From Azolla caroliniana (Eukaryota; Plantae; Polypodiophyta): 64,000 nucleotides of DNA. Below the pieces are notes generated by a model. The model was not told the origin of the DNA. It saw only the letters and a list, made by a program, of their open reading frames with translations, and ran no database searches. Both the position numbers and the translations under genes were made by a program. Below, in pieces: positions 50,501 to 64,000 of the stretch (the stretch's first letter is position 1; every line of letters begins with the position of its first letter). The stretch lies in the NCBI GenBank assembly GCA_043228905.1, contig JBHGNT010000021.1, forward strand, positions 5,456,001 to 5,520,000, written 5' to 3'.

Positions 50501-53500
50501 GTCTAGGCTTCAAGTGGATTGACCGAATAGTTATTATATGCTTGAGAATATTTTCGTTAAAACTAGGAAAATCATTAGAATCACAACATAGTAGGACATT
50601 TTCTTTTAACCAAGGGTGTAAGGATGACATGTGTAGTCATAAGAAAGCTCTACCACATGAAGCATTAAGGGCATACATCCCCCCTTAAGATTCTAAAGAA
50701 AATACCATTTGTTGTGCTTTGAAGAACCATCCATCGACCCAAACAACTATCATTGTACATTAGTAATAATGGATTAAGCTCCTGCCTTACAATCATCGGT
50801 ACACAATCCTTTGCATTCTCACTAGCATAAAATATGGCATTATAGCCTCCAAATTGTCTTATGTGACTAGAAAACTCAAGTCAACATATGCAATCATAAC
50901 TAATCATTCATTAGTGTACATATTGGTAAGGGATCCATTTTTTAAAGAGTAATCAAGTCTTACTAACGTATACGATCTTAAATCAAGATAGGAAGGTTCT
51001 AGATTTCCAAGAGAGGTTGAAACTTTCAAGTATTTATCACTTTCAATGTTTGATCACAGACGAAAATAAGAGATAATGTCGAAACACTTCACACAAAGAG
51101 TTGTTACGTGTTTTCAATATTTTGCATTATGACTTTTGAAATACTTTTCTAATTGTGAATAGAGTTGTGACATTCAATCCATCGCTATACATGGATACGT
51201 TACTAAACTCACTTCTATTTATTTTGATTACATTAAATAATATAAGTGTAGACATAAAGTTTGATCTACTTATTTACTAATCCTTGTCTACAAGCCCTTC
51301 TTCTCAAACAATGACGGACTAAGAAAGATATTTATCGTAATTAAGCTAGAGACTACTATAAGGAGAGTATCCTTTCATTTCCTATTTTTCAAAATTGACC
51401 ATCCAAGAGTTCCAAATCATGATGATAATATCATATTATGGTGCATGTCCGTGCATAAACATCCAACATAGAAGTGCGTAAACTTTCTTTCAATTTGTGT
51501 ATGTATGCGAGACATTCACATATAAAAAAATCATAATTTTTTTCCAAAAAAGAAGCTACTTTCCTATTAGTTAGGAGAGATTATTACAAAAAGACCATAC
51601 AAGGTGGCTTATACATAAATCGGGGAATCACCCTCCGACCGAGTTCAAGAATATGATACTACGTACATATCCTTTCAAACTGACTACTTAATGTAAGTAG
51701 GTACCTATAGAGCCTATAAACATAATGAAATCATACTTCATTTCACACTCCAATACAATGGTTGATAAGGCTATATCCAAATGAGACTAGGTAAAGTTAA
51801 AAACCATGCCTTGATGTCTAGTTGTTCAACCAATTCTAGGTAGTTAAGGTAATCAACTAATTAAAATCAACATGTCAAATTTCTAGCTATTAAAATCTCA
51901 CTTTTGCAAGAGAACATATATAATTGAAATAATAACAATATGGATAGTGTTGAGAACATTGGTTTTTTATCACTATTTCGCACTTGTAGACACTTAATGC
52001 TTTGATATGTCATGCCCATCCACACAACATATATACACATGTATATGTGTGCAAGTATTTGCAAGCGTTGGATTGTTGGTTATGCAAGTATATTGGGCAT
52101 TAGAGACCAATGAGGCATTTATATAGCCCAATGTTATATTATTCTCACTACTTGTTTTGATTTTGGAAATCATGTCAAAATTTCAATGTTGTAAATATCT
52201 TATTTTACAATCAACATGTTCATGTACGTGATTTCAATCTCCAACCTTACATTGCAAACTACACATCATGTTTTGTAATCAGACGTTAATATTATGAGTC
52301 TATTTCAGAAAAAATGATATCATTTCATGTTGTGCTTGTGTACTCGTTGTAAAAGATATTCATATTAAAAGAAAAGGATACATTAAAATGACATTGTGTA
52401 CTTGTTGTGCTTATGCACTAGCTAGCATTTAACCATAGTAACGTTGTTACAATATATTGCATATCTCATATGCAAGGATAAGGGAACTAAGTGGCATATA
52501 GATTTTCATAAAATACATGAAATATATCACATACAATTTTCACAATGACCTAGATAGAACGCAAGTGGGTCTAATACCATTGACAAAATGAAAGTGAAGT
52601 CAAGATGTAGGCAAATGCGACAATTATAGGACTTGAACAAACAATCCTAAGGTCGAAGGCACATGAACCTTTAGTTGGCGGGGTTCAAGTCTCTTATATA
52701 ATGTATGGTAATGGGCTATTATTAGTTTCAGTATTCATTCGTTAGTATCTTATTAGTCCTCGTAAAGACATGGAGGTTCAAGTTCAACATGCTATTGGAT
52801 GCATGATGAGCATTGAGCATTGACATCGTTAACAACATCTCTAGTTTCAAGATGTCTAGTTTGAAAAGTTATTGTAAACCTTATCGTTCAAGAGGAAAAC
52901 AATATAATTGTGATTTAATTAAACCTCATATTTTTATTGAACATACTACCATCCACGTGTTTGTGAAAATAGACGCACTCTTTTGTTAAAACTAATTCCT
53001 CTTCCATGTCGAATCTTTTATGTTGCTTCACAATTAGTCAATACACTCACAAATAACAGGTAATGCCCTGAAATGTCATTGTGTAATGCACGCAATGTCT
53101 TGTGGATATCTATGTTTATCTGTCATCAATTGCATGGTCGGGGCTTCAAAAGAACATTCAATTGCGTCATTTGTACATGTGATGGATTGCCAAGTGGCAG
53201 AGTCACCGTGTAGGAACTCACTTAATGTCAATTTGAGTGTTATTATTATGCTTGACGTTTAGAGATATGGCATTTGGAACAATGAAAGTGAAAAAATTGA
53301 GCATTACAAATCTCAATTAAAAAAAACACACAAATTAAGATAGGGAATTTGGACATGAATAGAAGGTTGAACTAAAAAAGGGTTCTAAGGATACGATCAA
53401 TTGAAAGATACTGCCAACGACCTCAATTAATGCATGGATAAGAACAAGAGAGACATTGACTCATATTTTTTGGGGGGGTTCCATTGGCTCCCATGTTTAT

Positions 53501-53610
53501 TATAAAGGTGTGCAAGGACATGAAATTACCTTGAAACATATTCTTTTCTTTTTACAAACATTACAACACTTCATGAAGGTTTGTTGGTACAATATACACT
53601 ATATATAGAC

Positions 53611-56600
53611 ATGAGACAAGTGAGCACTTCGACAACTGGTACCAATGTTAGTAGTAAGAGCTATAGACGAGGTCATTGGAGTGTCGAAGAAGACCACAGG
53701 CTCATCCAATTTGTTACCAAATATGGGCAAGGGAGATGGAACAAACTTGCCCAAGCTGCAGGTGCTCACTTAATATGAACTATAAACATAATAAAGCATT
53801 CTTGATCCATGCCTAGGAAATTCATTCTTCACACATACACAAATCCTTCAATCTAGGGTTGGTAATCATTTGGAGTAACTTACTCCATTTTCTTCACAAA
53901 ATTCTTTCAAAAATTAGGGTTCCTTTGGATTACGGATAGAATTAAGAATCTCATTTCCTTCCATCTTTTCAATTCTCATTTTTTATTGTATGTGTTTGGT
54001 CTTTGATATCCTTACATGAGCTTTGCAACATGGATCATGAGCATTTTTATCCCCAAAAGCATATATATTATAACACACCATCCTTAGCTTTATCACCAAC
54101 TTATGCGGATAATATCATGACCCAAAAGCATACTAATCTTATCCTCCACATTCTAAGGTTAATTGCAACTAAATAGGTGGAATATATCATGACCCATATG
54201 TGTATCAATACATATATTACACATCCTTACTACTTAGCGTAATTGCAACCTTATTTGGATAACTTCACGATCTTTTATAACTTGAGGTATTTAAGTTTAT
54301 TAACTATCACCCTTACAACCTAGCTAAGTACGTCATTCATGAATGTTCATCATGTTAAACATTACACGTATGGGCAACTTATATATGTTACAAACATGTT
54401 GCATACCTTCCTATGTATTGTGTGTGAGTGTGTGTGCGCACACACACACACCTTGTTGGGGGGAGGACATGGTTGTTGCATATCTACTTATGTGTTGTGT
54501 TGTGTGTGTGAACTCTCACATGTGCACATTAGGGGTCTTTCAAAGAGATTTATGTAAATCTCATTGTTATATTTATAAAACAAGTGTGTAGCATGCAACA
54601 TACCTCGTTTGGAGTTTGGAACTTTTATCATTAACATCAATAGCATATATACCTTCGAGATTGCAATGTGCTCATGCCCTCCATCAACTCACCTAGTTAG
54701 GCAACAACTCGCCTTGTCCCACTTAAGCTTGTTATCTTGAATATACAATGTAAATGCCCACCTTCATTATCATAAAAATGCCCATAAAGCACACTTGATT
54801 TAGAGTTTTTTTACACCAAATTTTCATAACAAATAACATTCTTATGTGAAGTATATGAATCTAATGCTCAAGCACACTAGCAACTTTGACATTTTTTACT
54901 ATCAAAACTTATGACGATAGTTAGCCGACATCATACAAGTTTTTGTTGATGTGTACATATTTATTGTATGATGCATGGTTGCAATTGTGAATCAATACAA
55001 TTCTTGAATCATCTACAACCATGAATCATACAATAAATCCATGTTTTAGGTGCACATGTCACGATATTTCTATACCAAAGGGGAGACTACAAGTGGCTTG
55101 GTATGAGATCACTAGCAAAGATGTTTGGTATTAGAGCTTATATAAGTCATTTCTTTTTATTACCTTCTCTTGCTAGGTATTTTTTAACATGTTTCTTTCT
55201 TTCGTTCTAATGTTAAACCTAGCCTCAATACTTCAAATTAGTTGATAACTTAACCCGCTATGTACACGCATCCAACCCCTAAGTGATAATGTGTTGCACG
55301 TGTCACAGGAACCAATTGATTTACACTAGGACCAATACCTTAGAATTTGTATTACATACCTTACTAGGTTGTTTTGGGAAGGGTTCCATTGTTGCCTAGC
55401 AACTAGTGCTCTCACTCTCTCATTCTCTCTATGTAAACAAACTATAATATGTATGGCAAACATTATAATAGTGTCACAACTTGTTAATGTCACCATTACA
55501 TGGGTAGTGGGACATGTTGAATTGTCAATAGGCAAGATAGCCTCTCCATTCACGAAATAGTTTCAACTTGTTATAATACACACAATTGTCATACTCCCTT
55601 CAACTTTTGTAGATATGGTCTAACTCCGTTCCTAACATCAAATACAAGAGGATTACACTTATCCCAATTATGACACAATCTCCAAATTCTTACACGAAAA
55701 ACAATCTCCATCTCTAATCTTGGGTCGAGCGAAACACACACTCTCGCTCGCTCACTCGCTCTCTCTCTCTAATGAAAACACACAATTATATTAATAGATG
55801 TGTGTGAAAAACACTAGTACTTACAATGGATGTCATATTGGATTATGATCACCCACTAACTACATGGGTAGTGGAACATGTTGAATTGCCAATATGCAAG
55901 ATGAACAGTCCACTAATGAAAAAAATTCTACTTGTTCCAATAAAGAAAATTGTCACATTTGTACTCCCTTCAACATTTGTAGATATGGTTTGACTCCATG
56001 CCTACCATAAAATACAAGAGCATTGAGCATATCCCAATTATGACGCAATAACCAATACCGAATAGGAAAACGATATCCATCTATAATTTTGAACCAACCT
56101 ATGTGAATTGTGCAAATACCCATTGTCTTGTTGTGAAATAACACCATGATAAAACTTTTCAAATTTGAGAAATGTAAGTTGTAACCCCAAATTTGACAAA
56201 CAATCGAACATTGTATGAAACAATGAATACTATCTTCCATTTGAATAGTGTAAAAGAAGTAATTGCATATTGCTAGTCCACGTCGCTTTAGAGCTAATCC
56301 CAAAGGCAAACCCCCAATCAAAACTCTCCACATGATGACTTTTGCTATAAGATGGCAATTTAGAATGCCAACTACGTTTTAAGGTATGCTACTATCTATG
56401 ATCAGATTTATGTGTTTTCCATTATTCTTCAGCCTTAGATGATAAGCACCATCCATGAGTAATCGTAGACTCAACAGAGCAATGATACAAAATATTAGTA
56501 AAAACGGCATCTAACCCCGTAAACACCAATTAATCCACAGTTGTTTTTCTGTTTCTAAAGGTAATTTAAGAACTTTGCATCAATGCAACATTTTATAGTT

Positions 56601-59600
56601 GTTGCCATATAAACCCCACATTTGGGTGGCATGCGTAATAATTGACAATCTTCAACAAACTCCAAAATTCTTTGAGATGAAGTCTCAACAATATCTCCCA
56701 CCTCTTTGACCTCGAAACAAATAATTAAACTGAGAATCTCTCTCTCTCCTTCTCCTTTTTTCTTTTATCGCAATTAGCTTAGCCTAGTGGTAAGTTGTTA
56801 CACTACTAACACTACATCTTGGATTCGAAACCCAATTTTTTCACCTCTACATTGATCATTAGGATTTCAACCCCTACATTCCACAGTGGCATCTAGTGAA
56901 TTAAAAAATGTGTATATTGTTCGTCATGATTTCAACTAAAATTATATGTTAATTATATAGCACAATGATCCAGAAGAAGGGTTTTTTAAACGTCGTATTG
57001 TACATAGTTTCACATATATAATGGTGTTATTAAATGGAGTACTTGTCAATTGAACAAAATACAAAAAATTAAAGAATTATAAATATTTATATGGGTATTT
57101 GAACATCCTTCTCATGCACCTCATATAACCCTTTAATGTACATCATAGAATCCTTGAATGCACAACATATAGGGTGGTTAAACTTTGAATCACATTAGTA
57201 GCACCTACAACTAGATCTCTTGATTGGACTTCATTGAGTGTATGTTGTGGCCTTAGTTTACTTTATGTCAAGGTCATTCTTCATATGTTTCTTCTACAGA
57301 CATACATCACATCCCCTTATTGCCTTGGTATATGAAACTACATTAAAGTAATGGTATATGACGAGAACTTAAAGTTTCATGTATATAGAAAATGTGAGAA
57401 TCATTGATGATGATGGTTATAGGCCTACAACGATGTGGAAAGAGTTGTCGTCTAAGATGGGTGAATTATCTACGTCCCGACATTAAGAGAGGACGGATTT
57501 CAAACGAAGAAGAGCATCTTATCATTAGCCTCCATTCTGTGTTCGGTAACAGGTAAAGACTCGACCAGACCTAGTAGTATGCATTCAACATCAATGAAGT
57601 ATTGTTATATGATATTTTTGTTAAATGTTTGCTCCGTAATGTACAATTCATGATATTTTATGTGTCTAAAATCGATGATAAAGGAAAGTCATGTTTTAAA
57701 TGTACACTTCATGATAGCATGTCATAAATGCGCTTTTCTATTTTAAACATTCCAATTATCTAAATAAAATACCTTTTTGTTATATTTATGACTACAACGT
57801 TTTACTAAATTATACTCGTGACCTCAATCTTTTTGGATATCTGCAACGGGTGCCCTTCACCTTTTTCTAAAATTTGAAAATACCTCCTGTTATTTTTCCA
57901 AATGGCAACAACCTCATGTTTTTTAGTCTTAATTATGCTTCATCCATTTAGCTAGTGAATAATTCGTTCGATTAATGGTCAACTCAAATCAGTTAGTTAA
58001 ATAGTAACTTATTGATAAACTAGATTGTCCCAAAATTAAGTATTAGCGAAATAATGAATTGGATTGTCCATTGTGCACGTGTTCCATTGCGCACAAAGAC
58101 TAATATGTAGAGGTGACTAGCTTCATTTTGGAAAAATATGTAGAGGTGACTACTAGTCCCTGACATGACTATATTTTGGTTATTCCGCTTATCAAATATT
58201 AACATGCACAATCATAATCATTCACTATCATGGACATAACTCACGTAAAAGTTTAGCGTATGTGGTTATGTGTGTTTGGGAACATGGGTTAAAATGGTTC
58301 ACTATCATTGCCATTGCACATGAAATGCTTAACATATATGGTTTTTTAGGTGTTTGGGAGCATGAATTAAATTTTGTAGTCATCTTTCATTCTTTTTAGA
58401 ATGCAACAACTATGTATCATAGTGATGAGCATAAACAATTGTTAATATTTCTAATTATCCTTTGAAGGATGTCAAATTATGTTAAGTTGGTTATAATTAG
58501 TCTTTGCAAGTAGTAATGCTTGAAGTGTTGTTCTATTAAGTACATTTTGTATAATTAGCCTTGTGAGAAAATTGTTGGTAATTCTACATAATTCTCAAAT
58601 GTTGAATGACTCTTTTGCTGCTTTGAATATTAGCACCATGGCATTCAACAAGAATGGTTATTTGTGGTTGCCAACTAAAGTTGTTTCATTGGCACTTGGG
58701 CCAATATCATAAATGGTGTTAACCTAGGTATGGAAGTTATGTGTGAACATAATATTATAATAATACCCAATACTAAAATCATGTATCAGACATTGTCCCT
58801 TTATAAATGGCTTAGAAATTATGGACACCAATAATATGAAATGCTTGTATTACAAGCCATCAAAGGATAAGCATATGTCAAGCATAACGAGCCTGTAATT
58901 GAAAATACATTTTTTTACCAAGCAAGTTCTGATTCCTAATGTTGTTGCTTTTGTTTAGGTGGTCTCTTATAGCAATTCATTTGCCTGGAAGGTCAGACAA
59001 TGAAATAAAAAACTATTGGCGATCTCATATAAAAAAAAAGTTCAAACTTGATGAGTTGTCATCCCATTCAAACACAAAATCAAGTTGCATCAATGACAAT
59101 ACTTCAAGTTATATTTTAGAACTTGAGGAACAATACCATAAACTTGATCAAACGGTCCAAAGAAGTTTCCAAGGTCCCATTAGTATGCAAAGTCAAAATA
59201 CAATTTATGGGTGCAATTATGAAGAGCATTACATCCCTAACTTAGATAACAATTTTACAAAAAATGTTGAGTCAAACTTACCCTCATCAATCAACTACAA
59301 CATACCTACACTGAGTGGCAATCTCCTAAAGAAATACCAAATGGTGATACCTAAAGAAAACTCGTCATGTACCACGATGATAGAGAATGAACATGAATGG
59401 AAATCAACGCATCAACTACAATCAAGCCCTCATTCTCATGGGGAATCCAAGGAATCACTAGAACATGTCTTTCACAAGCAGGATAGCACAGGTCAAGGAT
59501 ATGATATTATGACAAACCCAAGGAATCTCTTGGCGCTTCAAGATGTTGATATTCCTTGGGATGTGGAGACGATACAATCAATTATGGAGGTGCAAGTGCA

Positions 59601-59649
59601 AAACACCCAGTACCCTGTGCTTGATGAGCATAGTATATGGGACAGTTAA
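53611..59649 (+). CDS. R2R3-MYB transcription factor, 323 aa
   Basis: Exons 53611-53761, 57423-57552 (canonical 130-bp exon: [23 protein letters not shown]) and 58959-59649 ([20 protein letters not shown]). GT-AG introns in phase 1 and 2; total 972 nt. Confidence 0.93.
55480..56400 (-). mobile_element. Two adjacent L1-type LINE 3' fragments in MYB intron 1
   Basis: ORF 55953-56333 is zf-RVT-like (WRVLIGGLP...[10 protein letters not shown]...IW). Region 55497-55680 is a diverged copy of 55861-56050. Confidence 0.72.
56775..56841 (+). mobile_element. tRNA-derived SINE-like head (Pol III A and B boxes)
   Basis: A box TAGCCTAGTGG at 56780-56790, B-box-like GGATTCGAAACCC at 56821-56833 and T6 at 56836-56841. 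No cloverleaf and no TSD seen. Confidence 0.4.
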
Positions 59650-60360
59650 ATCTTCGTCGAATTATTACATTCATTGTAAAATATATATAAAATAAAATTT
59701 GCTTAGGATATGCATGCACATGGGTATTTTGACTGCAACGTTTGCAGGTGTACATACGGTTTTAGTTACATGTAGATGGCTCCTTGCCATCGGTCATTGT
59801 TGTTGTGATAATCATAATAAAACTGGAAGTTTTGTTGTATGATGTGTGTGTGTGGGTATGTACCTCGTTTCACATTAAGAATTGGATTCAAAGTCATCAG
59901 GATACAGACGAAGTATTCCGGGGAAGTACATTTCCGCGAGTTTCGTGAAATATGGCCCCAATGGCCGAGGGGAAAAGAAGAAGAAACTTGCACATGTGAT
60001 GGCGGCGATGGATAGGGGGGGGCATGTCAGGAGGAAATAAAGAGAAAAGCCTGGGGGCATGCCGTGGAAATAAACACAAAGTTGGGGGCCTTCTTCTTTT
60101 CTCTTCTTCTTCTTCTTCTTCTTTTCTTAGTGCCAAGTGTGAATCTCTAGAGATAGTGAGAAAAATATGGAGGGGCACCTCCAACCAAAATCCTTCTAAA
60201 CCAGAAGAAACTGCCCTTCAAAAGATTTACATACATGCTCTGTTTCCACCGCCATAGCCAACAGAAAACAAGAAAGCTCTCTCTCTCTCCCACACACACA
60301 CACATACAATATATATATATACATAGATGTATGTGTTTCATTTGATTTAGATGAGGGGAG

Positions 60361-63300
60361 ATGAGATTGCTAGGAAGCAACATTTGGTGCTGTTTCAGAC
60401 CAACCCATGACGCTGATAACCTTCCCAATGCTCATCATGATCGCAACCAGAATCACAACACCCCAAATATCAGATTAGCCATAGCTCTCAGAAGACACTC
60501 TGCTATAGCTTTCATCACAGGTCTCAACACAAGTTGCTCCATCAAGGATGGGTATGGTGGTGGTGATCAAGAGGAAGCGCCGACTACCACGAACAATGAC
60601 GAAGAGGTGGATGGGAAAGACGATACAGAAGATGTCAGAGGAAGTTTCCATGAGGAGACAAAGAAGAGCCTTTGTTATAAGGAGAAGAAAAGGAGGAGGA
60701 GGAGGAGGAGGAGGAGGGTGAGAATTAAGGAAGGTGTGGGAGTGTTGATTTATCCATGGCTACTTCTCACCACTCATGCCATCGCTCCGTCCATCGCAGC
60801 AGTTGAGAATGCCGAAATTCAGTTAATGCAGCTTCGTCCTCGGACTAGTGGAAGTGGAGACATTGACATCGGCAAAGACACAGGGAATCCCGGCATCAAC
60901 CTCCTTCTCCGATGCAAATTCCTTCCTCACTTGTATGTTCATATAAACAAATTATATACAAATATCTCCTTCGCATCGTTCTGATATATGCTATGCTAAG
61001 ACTCACAACTTTATAATGATAAATAAAATATTAAGAATTTTCCACAAGCTCTGGAGTGAGCCAATGTGTTTGTTAATCAAAGGTTAGGTCCATATGTTTT
61101 TTTGACTATTACATTTTTCATTTCTTTTTTCTGGGTACACTGGATTGGTAAACATGATGCATAGGCCCTGGGTAGGGTGCATAGGCTATATGGGTAGGTG
61201 CCTAAGTTCAAAACCCTGACATAACTCCATAATGCATTCTTGCAATGATTCATAACATAGCCATTTGAATGCTGGCATAGCTCCTGAAGACATCTCATGT
61301 TGGACATCATAGACATCTTTTACATTTATGCCTGGGCATATAACTCCTAGAGACGTCTTGTCAAATTCATATTGCAGCCCATGGACTTTAAAAGAGTGTA
61401 TTTGATATATCTCAGAAGTTCATGTCATTCTTGATGACATTTAACATCTTCTACATTTGAGCTTCAGCATGGTTCCTTCAGATGTGAAATTTTGTGTTGT
61501 CTTCCCTTATAAGCATAATTTTGTATGTCCATGTGTCCTCTCAAATTGATGTTGTATCCTTGGATGACTGGTAGCTGGCATGATAGGTAGTCACAATTAG
61601 AACTGTCCTTTCTACGATGCAATGTCTTCAATGTGGCGCTTTTGTTAACTATAGTGGTCACTATAGGACCAACTGTATTTTCTTCATTTGTTGTCATTAA
61701 TAGCTGACATTATCGGTAGAATACAAGTTCCTCAATGTAGCCACAATTAGAACTATCCTTTCTGCAATGCAATATATTCGATGTGGTGCTCATTGGTCTA
61801 CATAACTTGTAGTCACCCTAGAATCATATTTTCTTCCTTCAACACCTCGCTTGCAGGCAATGTAAGCCTTCAATGTAGTAGGCATTGTGTGTAACAGAGT
61901 AATAACAAATAGGTGATAACATACTACGTTGGAACTGAACTTTACTTTGGTTCCTTTAGTCAATTCAGACTTCTCCCCCTATAGAAGGGTTTTAGTAAGG
62001 CAACACAGGGAATAATAGGAAATTAGAGCCAGATGCCACAGGAATCATTAATTCTGCTTTAAGAACACATTTGGTGAATGTATACCAATGTTCAAGCCTT
62101 TGCACTAAACCGAAAGTTGCGATGAGAGATGACTGACTGATAATTCGGATAGTTTTGTTTCATGTTTCACAGGTTTTTTGCAACAAATGTTGAGCTGAAT
62201 CTAACTGTGATAGCATGCGAGCACATGACACCAGAGATGCAACCCATGGGTCTGGACACATGCACCTTTGATCCTGAAACTGTTGAGGTGGGTGCCAAGG
62301 TCTACATCATGGGATACAATCTAAATGAAATCAGAAGTGAGAAATGCTCTGCAGGAGGCGGCCAACGTAGGCTCACAATTGGTTCTGGTCATGTGGTGAC
62401 CAGTGGCAGTACCCACATGGAGGTAGAGGCACGTGATGATTGGTGGGCCGAAGGGTCACCTGGCTTTGATGCTGAGGGTGCCTTTGCATTTCTTGTGACA
62501 GGGGGCAAATGCAAAAACCAGCGTGTTAGAATGCGCATTGTCACGCTCCCCACCATTCGCTCTTGGCTAGAGCCTGAATGGAAGGCATCCATAGCTTCCA
62601 ATTCCACACCCAACCCAAATCCTAATATTAGCATCAACCCTAATATCTCACACAGAGGCAGGTGTTCAGGGCGCCTGCATTCGTATACTCCACAGACATC
62701 TAAGATCAGGATTGCAGATGTTGAGATTTCTAACAAAAAGTCTTCTGATCCTGACCATGATTCTGACAACAGCCCTACCCCTAACAATAAGCAAAATCTT
62801 TACCCTGAGCATAACCTTAACCCAAACCCTGACCTTGATCCTAACCCCAACCCCAATCCCAACCCTGACGTTAACCTAAAGTGTAGCCTTAACTCAAACT
62901 CTAATCCAAACCCACAACCTAAGCTCAACAATAAACCTAATTCTAACCCTAACCATAACAATAGCTCTAAGCATAACCTTAATCCTATCCATAAAACTAA
63001 TGCTAGCTCCAACACTAACCCTAAGTATAGCCTTAATCTTAGCCCTCGGTTGCATCACAAGAGATTCCCACCCATTCCTGTACTTAAGAATATCTCTGGC
63101 ATTCATGTTGCAAATTCACCCCCGAAAGCTAGCCCAAAATTGCTTGTATCTGCTCGTAGCCTTAACCCTACCGCAAAGTTACCTTCAACAGCCACTCAAA
63201 CAAAATTTGCTAGGAACTCTAGTGGTATGTATCATTGTCATTGTCACCCATCAACTAAATCCCATGTTTGTTCAGAAGATCGCAGATCTGGTAGGCCCAC

Positions 63301-63373
63301 AAATTTGCATAAACAATGCCAAAGAGAAACTAAACCTTTCAGACAAAAATTGTCAGAACTACACAAAATTTAA
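60361..63373 (+). CDS. Uncharacterised plant trypsin-fold (peptidase-like) protein with low-complexity Asn-Pro tail, 590 aa
   Basis: Exons 60361-60932 and 62173-63373, phase-2 GT-AG intron, 1773 nt. Motifs GVGVLI...LLLTTH..PS, PHLFFATN.ELNLTVI, VYIMGY, LTIGSG.VV and W.EGSPGFD.EG..AF resemble a conserved land-plant family recalled from memory. Confidence 0.75.
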
Positions 63374-63499
63374 TCACCCCCCTCCCTATTTTTGTGACAG
63401 TGTAATTAATATACCATTATTCTCATCAAGTCAATAAATGAAATATTTATCATTAAAATTCTGACATTTCGTTTTATTAAAAATTAACGCACAAGGAGA

Positions 63500-64000
63500 T
63501 ACTGGCATTAGCTTCGTCGACATGATGCCAACTCCCTCTACCAAATTTGCATGTGCATAAAAATGTTCTATATACAGCTATAAGGTGAAAGATTCATCTC
63601 ATTCAATTTCAACCACGTGTTTGAAGGCATATATCTCAAGATCTGCATCACACCATTTTTTACAAGAACCCAACATAGAAAGCCAAAGACCGGTATTGGG
63701 ACAAAAGGGGATTTTCAGGATCATTGCCTCTACTTTATCCAATTGACCTGCCCGTCCCAAAACATCAATAAAACATGCATAGTGGAGAATATTGGGTATG
63801 ATACCATAAACCTGGGCCATCACATGATAATATGTTTGTCCCTTCTCTATTAGACCTGCATGACTACAAGAATTCAAGATACTCAAAAAAGTGATTGGAT
63901 CTGGCTTATGGCCTTTTTGTATCATCATGTCAAAATAAGATGTGATATCTTCAATCTCTCCACATTGAGCATATGCAGAAATTAGAGCATTCCATGTGAA
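63500..64000 (-). pseudogene. 3' end of a PLS-PPR gene with truncated or disrupted E domain (partial, runs off right edge)
   Basis: FTWNALISAYAQCG, ITFLSILNSCSHAGL and HYACFIDVLGRAG. TGA at 63599 interrupts the E region; residual YAHANL continues in frame after a second stop. Confidence 0.7.

Noticed and set aside
58985-59040. miR858 or miR828 target sites in MYB R3
   Set aside because: Too many mismatches to the known angiosperm miRNA sequences when aligned by eye.

Overview
Eukaryotic land-plant nuclear DNA. The PLS-PPR style and Tcn1-like chromovirus suggest a fern or other seed-free plant; this is an inference. There are no prokaryotic features. Six apparently complete genes can be modelled: a peroxisomal DHNA-CoA thioesterase (3 exons, ends SKL), two PLS-E PPR genes, a leucine-rich-repeat extensin, a 3-exon R2R3-MYB and a 2-exon trypsin-fold protein. 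The 3' end of a third PPR lies at the right edge. Bases 1-9.4 kb are a nested transposon cluster: rearranged Ty3/gypsy chromovirus elements with a self-priming PBS, a non-coding derivative carrying a hairpin-repeat array, a solo LTR, three hAT-type MITEs with 8-bp TSDs and a nested LINE fragment. The most notable item is a 1.4-kb retroposed insertion (14-bp TSD, poly-A) that fuses MAP-kinase and PPR coding fragments and ends in a LINE-like tail. A near-perfect SMART/ISPCR adapter sequence sits 50 nt upstream of the LRX start and is probably an assembly artefact. About 20.5-30 kb is decayed AT-rich DNA that I could not assign.
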